From the NCBI GenBank assembly GCA_044070495.1, contig JBIPSI010000002.1:1-64000 (forward strand): a stretch of DNA of 64,000 nt. Direction: 5' to 3'. The stretch is from Spirulina sp. GTDB taxonomy: Bacteria > Cyanobacteriota > Cyanobacteriia > Phormidesmidales > Phormidesmidaceae. Below the pieces are notes generated by a model. It was not told the origin of the DNA. It saw only the letters and a list, made by a program, of their open reading frames with translations, and did no database searches. Position numbers and translations under genes: made by a program. Each line of letters opens with the position of its first letter. Positions within the stretch are counted from its first letter, which is position 1. Shown piece by piece: positions 58,682 through 64,000 of this stretch.

Positions 58682-59719
58682 CTAGGGAAGCCAGCCCTGG
58701 CTCCTGAGCCGTTCCCAGGCAACCTTGAGATGCTGAGGCTTAAAGATTTGACGCTTGCGATCACTCCAGGCTTGTACCCCATCGATGGCAACCGCCACAT
58801 CTATGGCGGCTTGGGGGTTGTGCTTAGCGACCCAATGCACCGTCGCCAGCATCTCCATGCCGTAGGGGGTCTCAAACCCTTCAATGAGCTGACTCACCTG
58901 ATCGAGTCGCTGGTGGGCATCGGGATGGTCGGCCAAAAACGTGGCGGCAGCCTCTCGGCCCTGGGGTAGCACGGTAATTTGTGACCGCTGGGAGCGATCC
59001 CCGTAGCCCTGGATGTAGTGTCCATCAATGCGCTGAAGGGCGTGGTTGAGCTTGTCGGCGTAGGGGCCGTAGTGGTGTGGCTTAAACTCCAGCTTCAGAC
59101 CCGGCTCACCCGCTTCCTGGAGTAGGTAAGCTAGCTTTTGGGCCTCCAGACGCCCCAGGCGATAGCCCGGTATGCCATAGCGATCAAACAAAGACACCAC
59201 CAGCGCCCGTGATCGGGTCATGGGTGGTTTTGAGGTATTGACCTGCACCTGGGCAGCGGCGGGGGCACCTCCCGGCTCAAACAACATGACAGTTATGGCG
59301 GGCAGATCCGCGAAAGCCTCGACAATCAGCGGCTTCACCACCGCCCAATCCAGCCCCCCATTGCCACAGCCCAAGGGCGGAATCGCAATCGATGCTAACC
59401 CCAACCGTTGCACCTCGGCCACCAAGGCCACCAGTCCTGCCTGAATGTCCTCTAGTTTTGATTTGCCCTTCCAGTGGCGCTTGGTGGGAAAGTTGATGAT
59501 GTAGCGCGGATTAAACAGGTTGCCCGTGGCCACGGTGAACATCCGACCGGGCTGCACCTCCCCCTGATCACAGGCCCGCTTATATTGCTTAAAGTTCTCT
59601 GGGAAAGCCTGCTTAAACTGCAAGGCAATACCTTTACCCATCACCCCAACACAGTTCACGGTGTTGACCAGGGCTTCAGCCTTTGCTTCAAGTAGGTTGC
59701 CTTGCCGAAACTCAATCAT
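58682..59719 (-). CDS. darG: DarG antitoxin (macrodomain ADP-ribosyl glycohydrolase)
   Basis: VNTVNCVGVMGKGIALQFK, IINFPTKRHW, PPLGCGNGGL, QKLAY, YGPYA, GFETPYGMEMLATVHW. Confidence 0.92.
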   Translation of the reverse strand: MIEFRQGNLLEAKAEALVNTVNCVGVMGKGIALQFKQAFPENFKQYKRACDQGEVQPGRMFTVATGNLFNPRYIINFPTKRHWKGKSKLEDIQAGLVALVAEVQRLGLASIAIPPLGCGNGGLDWAVVKPLIVEAFADLPAITVMLFEPGGAPAAAQVQVNTSKPPMTRSRALVVSLFDRYGIPGYRLGRLEAQKLAYLLQEAGEPGLKLEFKPHHYGPYADKLNHALQRIDGHYIQGYGDRSQRSQITVLPQGREAAATFLADHPDAHQRLDQVSQLIEGFETPYGMEMLATVHWVAKHNPQAAIDVAVAIDGVQAWSDRKRQIFKPQHLKVAWERLRSQGWLP

Positions 59720-59777
59720 GTCTTAATTGCTTGCCAGTTAATACTATTGTACTGTGATTGTGTAACGAAAGCTAACG

Positions 59778-60419
59778 CTAGTAATACCAGTCAGGGTAAA
59801 CCGTAACTGGAGTCTCATCGCCAAAGGTCTGCAAAACTTGATGCACCTGTTGCTGCATGGCCCGATTTTGCACCCCAATTTCCTGAACTAGCTCCCAGGG
59901 CAGTTGTTCAAACACCAAAAATTCGGCCTGTCGCTTACATTTACGGTTAGGGTCGTCATTGGTGTCGGCCCAGTATTTAGAGCGCATCACCTCCCAATCG
60001 ATGACATGCTCTAGCAGATCAGTATCGTCATAAAAATCAGCGTAGGCCATCACGGCATGGCCATCGGTAAAGGCGTAGGGGCAGTCTGTTGCGGTGATCG
60101 CCTCTACCGTGGTTACGAGATGAAGGATGGCCCCTTGTCCGCCTTGGTAGGCCGAAACAGTACCGCAATGAATGGCGTACAACATAGGTGAGCGAGGGGC
60201 AAAGTAGAAGGGCACGTAGTCGTGCAGATACCCACCAGCCCCGCAGGGGACAACTCTCCTGGCGCGACGGTCTTGGATGTTGCCGTAGGAGATATCTTGA
60301 AACGCTGCGCCTTGCCGCTGAAGCTGGCTATTGGCCAACAGCCCCCCAGCCTGGAGGATGGGGCCGAGATTACCAACATGGGTGATGTGAAACAAACGGG
60401 TTGGCATGGCTAGACGCAT
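59778..60419 (-). CDS. darT: DarT ssDNA ADP-ribosyltransferase toxin (DUF4433)
   Basis: FHITH, HDYVPFYFAPRSPMLY, FTDGHA, RQAEFLV catalytic Glu; alternative start 60407. Confidence 0.92.
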   Translation of the reverse strand: MRLAMPTRLFHITHVGNLGPILQAGGLLANSQLQRQGAAFQDISYGNIQDRRARRVVPCGAGGYLHDYVPFYFAPRSPMLYAIHCGTVSAYQGGQGAILHLVTTVEAITATDCPYAFTDGHAVMAYADFYDDTDLLEHVIDWEVMRSKYWADTNDDPNRKCKRQAEFLVFEQLPWELVQEIGVQNRAMQQQVHQVLQTFGDETPVTVYPDWYY

Positions 60420-60431
60420 CCATGATTCAGT

Positions 60432-62102
60432 CTAGGGTTCCTCGGTTGTCCCAGGCTTGTTACCATCAGCCGCCAGTAACTCATCTAGCTTGGCCTGCAC
60501 TTTTGCCGCATCGGGGGAACTGACCTGCTGAAAAATGGCCAGCGCCTCCTGTAACAAGGGCACCGCTGCTGACTTGTCACCTCGGTGATCTGCTAACAGT
60601 TCTCCATACTTCCACAGGGTTTGAGCTTCACTCCAAACACTGCCCACCCGCCGACAGGTTACCAGTGCCTGCTGATAGAGCGCAATGGCCTCTGCAATCT
60701 CCCTCTGCTTGGCCCTAAGATTTCCTAGCGCCCGCAGCGAAACGACCGTGGCCTGAGCATTCTCGATCCGCTCACATATCTCTAGGGACTGCTGGAGTAG
60801 GTCGATAGCCTCTACTAACTCACCCTGTTGGTCTTTGAGTATAGCGAGTTGCTGCAACGAACCTACTTTGCCTTGGTCATTTTCAACTCGTTCACAGAGT
60901 ATGAGAGAACGCTGGCACAGAGCAATCGCCTCCACCACCTCACCCTGTTTGCTCTTGAAAATTGCAAGTCCCTCCAACAAATTTGCCCTGTCAGAGTCAT
61001 TCCCGATCCGCTCATAGATCGCAAGAGCCTGCTGGCATAGGTCGATGGCTTCTGCTACTCTTCCTTGATAGCCGATGAGAACTGCTTGGTATTGCAGCGT
61101 TATAGCCAAGAGATACTCATCAATACCCCGATTCAGTCTAATGGCTTCGTTGAGACTCTGAGCGGCGGCATCGCTATTGCCTATCCTGTAGGCTACATAC
61201 CCTTGCCGATTTAGGTAATTGATTCTAATACGGACATCGGCGGTGGTTTCTGGCGACCAAGTCGGCAGCGAGAAAATGGGAGCCACCCGACTGAGGGCTT
61301 CTTTCGCTTTTGGAAACTCTCCGGCAAATAGGTGAACCTGGCCCAGTTCAGTTAGGGCTTTGGCGGCGATGCGGAGGTCATCTTTGGGGCAGTCGGCAGT
61401 TTGGGGATCAAATTCTTGGGCCAGTTGTTCTAAAAGTGTGATACGTTCTTGGCGTTCTAGGCGATTGAGGCTACCCAGAATTTTGTTGGCATGGAGGCCG
61501 CGAATATAGGCATTATCGGTGCTGGTTTGGGTGCTGAGAATTCTGAATACTCCAGATTTCCAGCTCCAGAAATCTGGGGCAAATTGGATGAGGCGGTTGA
61601 TGGCGTAGCTGGGCAGGCACAGCAGCACCGGATAGGGCACAGAATTGATCCAGGTATCGCGGACAAAGTTGAGGTCTTGCAGCAGAGGGGGATAGTCGCC
61701 AAACAGGCCGATGGCGTTTTCTAGCCCTCGCACCAGGATGACCTTTTTGCGTTCCAACAGGGTAGAAATAGGGGACGGTAACTGTTGAATGCGGTCTTCT
61801 AGGGCATCTTTTAAAAATCGCAGATTAGGGTCATCCAAAATGAAGGTATGGAACTCCATTTGGGCGCAGTCTGGGCGGGCTTGCAGGGCCTTGAGGACGG
61901 CATCGAAATCGGAGGTGAAATTGATTTCTAAAAAACCTAGGGTAAAGCCCTCGGCAAAGTCGATAAAGCGGGCCAGTTCGTCTAGGGTTTCGGTATTTTG
62001 GGCCATCCAGGGGCTAACGTCCCTCGGATCAGGGGCCGGGGTATCTACGGGTGGGGCCGCAGCCTGGGAGGATCGGCGATTAAAGAAGTTGTTCCAGGGC
62101 AT
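60432..62102 (-). CDS. TPR protein with N-terminal degenerate P-loop/STAND-like domain
   Basis: LVRGLE, LNFVRD, APDFWSWKSGVF N-terminal block without a Walker A; about 6 C-terminal TPR-like repeats. Confidence 0.7.
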   Translation of the reverse strand: MPWNNFFNRRSSQAAAPPVDTPAPDPRDVSPWMAQNTETLDELARFIDFAEGFTLGFLEINFTSDFDAVLKALQARPDCAQMEFHTFILDDPNLRFLKDALEDRIQQLPSPISTLLERKKVILVRGLENAIGLFGDYPPLLQDLNFVRDTWINSVPYPVLLCLPSYAINRLIQFAPDFWSWKSGVFRILSTQTSTDNAYIRGLHANKILGSLNRLERQERITLLEQLAQEFDPQTADCPKDDLRIAAKALTELGQVHLFAGEFPKAKEALSRVAPIFSLPTWSPETTADVRIRINYLNRQGYVAYRIGNSDAAAQSLNEAIRLNRGIDEYLLAITLQYQAVLIGYQGRVAEAIDLCQQALAIYERIGNDSDRANLLEGLAIFKSKQGEVVEAIALCQRSLILCERVENDQGKVGSLQQLAILKDQQGELVEAIDLLQQSLEICERIENAQATVVSLRALGNLRAKQREIAEAIALYQQALVTCRRVGSVWSEAQTLWKYGELLADHRGDKSAAVPLLQEALAIFQQVSSPDAAKVQAKLDELLAADGNKPGTTEEP

Positions 62103-63426
62103 GGATTTGCCTCACCAGGGGGTTAACGTAGAGCCAGCGCTGGGCGGAATCGTCCGCCTGTTCGTATTCCAAGACCGTGATGTTGAACAGCATGGATTTT
62201 AGGGTGGCCTCTAGTTCGGCCTGGTTGGGCATGGCCTTGGTGCGGCACACCTGGGCCAAAATCGGGTAGTGCTCTTGGGGAATAAACCGCTCGAAGTTGT
62301 TTTTCTCCTTGGCGGCAGCCTTGGCCACATCGGCACGGGTAATGTTGCCCTTCGCCAGCAAGCAGGTGTCGCGCATTAGGTGCATCAGTTGGCGCACATG
62401 GCCGCCGCTCAGCTTTACCAAATCCATTAGGGCTTCCGGTTCGGCAAAGAGGGCGGCGGTGTCTACCCGTTGCTCAATAATCTTCGCCATGGCCGCCAGC
62501 CCTGCCTCGTCGTAGTCTAGGGTGGGCTGGGCTGGGTCGTAGCGGTAGATATTCACCATCGGCATCACATTCAGATTGCCAAAGGTGTTGCTGTAGTTGG
62601 CCCCAGCGGAGATGACGGAAATGGGCACGGTGTAGACGATGACCGTTTGCAATTCCCGCAGTTGGTTGGCGTATTTCAAAAACAGATGTTCGCCTACTTC
62701 TGGGGGCACTCGATCTAGGTTGTCGAAAATCAGCAGAAAACCCTTGCAATTGGGCCGCTTGGTGATGATTTTCTCCGTGGCATCCTTCAGCAGGGCGTTG
62801 GTGTTGGCTTGCAGTTGGGAAAAGCTTTGCTGAAGGCTTTCCCTCACCTTGCGCTTGTAGGTGTCGGATCCCTTAATCTGGCTCAGCAGTTTGGCGGCTA
62901 ACCTTCCTATCAGGGGAATCTGTACCCCCGCCTCGGCTTCGGTGCTTAGGGAAACCGACTTTTCGACGCTTTGCTCGGTTTCCCCGGTAATTTCTTTAAA
63001 CCAATCCCAAAAGGCTTTGCTGAGCTTGGGATCGGGACTGAGTTCCCACTCCTTCATCTTCTCGGTGATGCGCTGGATAATGACCAGGTAAATGTCTTTG
63101 TAGTCGGCATCGTTGATGTCGAGTTCGTCGGTGGCCACCACGTAGATAATTTCGTAGCTCAGCGCCCACTGACGCTCTAGGCGGCGCAGTTCCGTGCTTT
63201 TGCCGCAGCCACGATGGCCCGTAAACAGAATCGCCGCTGACTCTTTGGCTTCCAAGTAGTCCAGTTCACGGTTTACCCCTGCAATGGCCACTTCGTTACG
63301 CACCGCCGACAGGTCAACTCGATAGCGGTCTAGGTCGGCCCCGGTCAAGGCTCCGAGGTTGCAGACCCGAAAGGCTTGTTTGAGGGTGGTGGCCCGCCCC
63401 TGGGGCAAGGGTGAATCCATGGTCAT
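62080..63426 (-). CDS. P-loop ATPase (STAND/AAA-like)
   Basis: Walker A GHRGCGKSTEL, Walker B LIFDNLDR, YTVP, SGGHVRQL, VNPL; upstream GTG 63495 also possible. Confidence 0.8.
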   Translation of the reverse strand: MTMDSPLPQGRATTLKQAFRVCNLGALTGADLDRYRVDLSAVRNEVAIAGVNRELDYLEAKESAAILFTGHRGCGKSTELRRLERQWALSYEIIYVVATDELDINDADYKDIYLVIIQRITEKMKEWELSPDPKLSKAFWDWFKEITGETEQSVEKSVSLSTEAEAGVQIPLIGRLAAKLLSQIKGSDTYKRKVRESLQQSFSQLQANTNALLKDATEKIITKRPNCKGFLLIFDNLDRVPPEVGEHLFLKYANQLRELQTVIVYTVPISVISAGANYSNTFGNLNVMPMVNIYRYDPAQPTLDYDEAGLAAMAKIIEQRVDTAALFAEPEALMDLVKLSGGHVRQLMHLMRDTCLLAKGNITRADVAKAAAKEKNNFERFIPQEHYPILAQVCRTKAMPNQAELEATLKSMLFNITVLEYEQADDSAQRWLYVNPLVRQIHALEQLL

Positions 63427-63510
63427 TGCCGTTAACCGTTGGGCTATGGATTCTAGGGTATCGGTTTCTTCGACCGATGACCCAGATCTTGACACACCAA
63501 AGTGTCAAAG

Positions 63511-63999
63511 TCAGGGTTTGGGCTGGTTCACCAGGCGCAGGCGGGAGCGGCGGGGCAGGGGCAAGGTAACAGGATCGTCGGCATGGATTTCGCGGGCGGC
63601 GCGTACCAGCAGGGCGGCGGTGGCTAAGCTTGCCACCATGGAACTGCCGCCGTAGCTGACTAGGGGAAAGGGTAATCCTGTGGTGGGCAACACGCCGCTG
63701 GCTACGCCAATGTTGAGCAATGACTGCCCCACCAGCAGCACCATGGATCCAATGGCCACCAGTTTATGCAGGGGATGGGTGACCCGTAGGGCTACGATGA
63801 GCGCCACAGTGGCATAGATGGCCAAGAAGCTGAGCAGCAGTACCCCGCCGATGAAGCCAAACTCCTCGGCGTAGACCGCAAAGATAAAGTCGGTGTATTG
63901 GATGGGCAGGGAGTAGAGCTTTTGTTGGGAAAGGCCAAAGCCCTGGCCCCAAAGCCCACCGGAACCAATAGCCAGCAGGCTTTGGATGAGCTGATAGCC
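63511..63999 (-). CDS. ftsW: SEDS protein FtsW (3' part; runs off the window)
   Basis: GYQLIQSLLAIGSGG..QKL..LPIQYTDFIFAV..EEFG, LPTTGLPFPLVSYGGSS. Confidence 0.88.
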   Translation of the reverse strand, partial: GYQLIQSLLAIGSGGLWGQGFGLSQQKLYSLPIQYTDFIFAVYAEEFGFIGGVLLLSFLAIYATVALIVALRVTHPLHKLVAIGSMVLLVGQSLLNIGVASGVLPTTGLPFPLVSYGGSSMVASLATAALLVRAAREIHADDPVTLPLPRRSRLRLVNQPKP

Positions 64000-64000
64000 C

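Overview
Chromosomal window from a fairly GC-rich cyanobacterium (psbO, bicA, nhaS3, cyanobacterial-type mrp genes; genus not determinable from sequence alone). In order it contains: a small TA-like pair; a Na+/H+ antiporter, Cu-type P-ATPase, NACHT and TPR genes; a TonB/ExbBD/ABC iron(heme)-uptake cluster; a large nucleotidase/alkaline-phosphatase fusion; psbO; an AT-richer polyprenyl-phospho-pentose glycosylation island flanked by MITE clusters; housekeeping genes (nfuA-like, scpA, glsA, hpxO); an ion-homeostasis region (bicA-nhaS3-mrp, ClC); and a putative defence module (P-loop ATPase + TPR protein + darTG) downstream of ftsW. Most notable: two paralogous pentameric ligand-gated ion channel (GLIC/ELIC-like) genes interleaved in the bicA-nhaS3-mrp cluster, a candidate heteropentameric bacterial channel linked to carbon-concentrating/pH homeostasis. 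Also notable are a ClC with Q in place of the gating glutamate and the ATPase-TPR-DarTG operon. I saw no rRNA, tRNA or CRISPR array. All calls come from motif recognition by eye; no searches were run.
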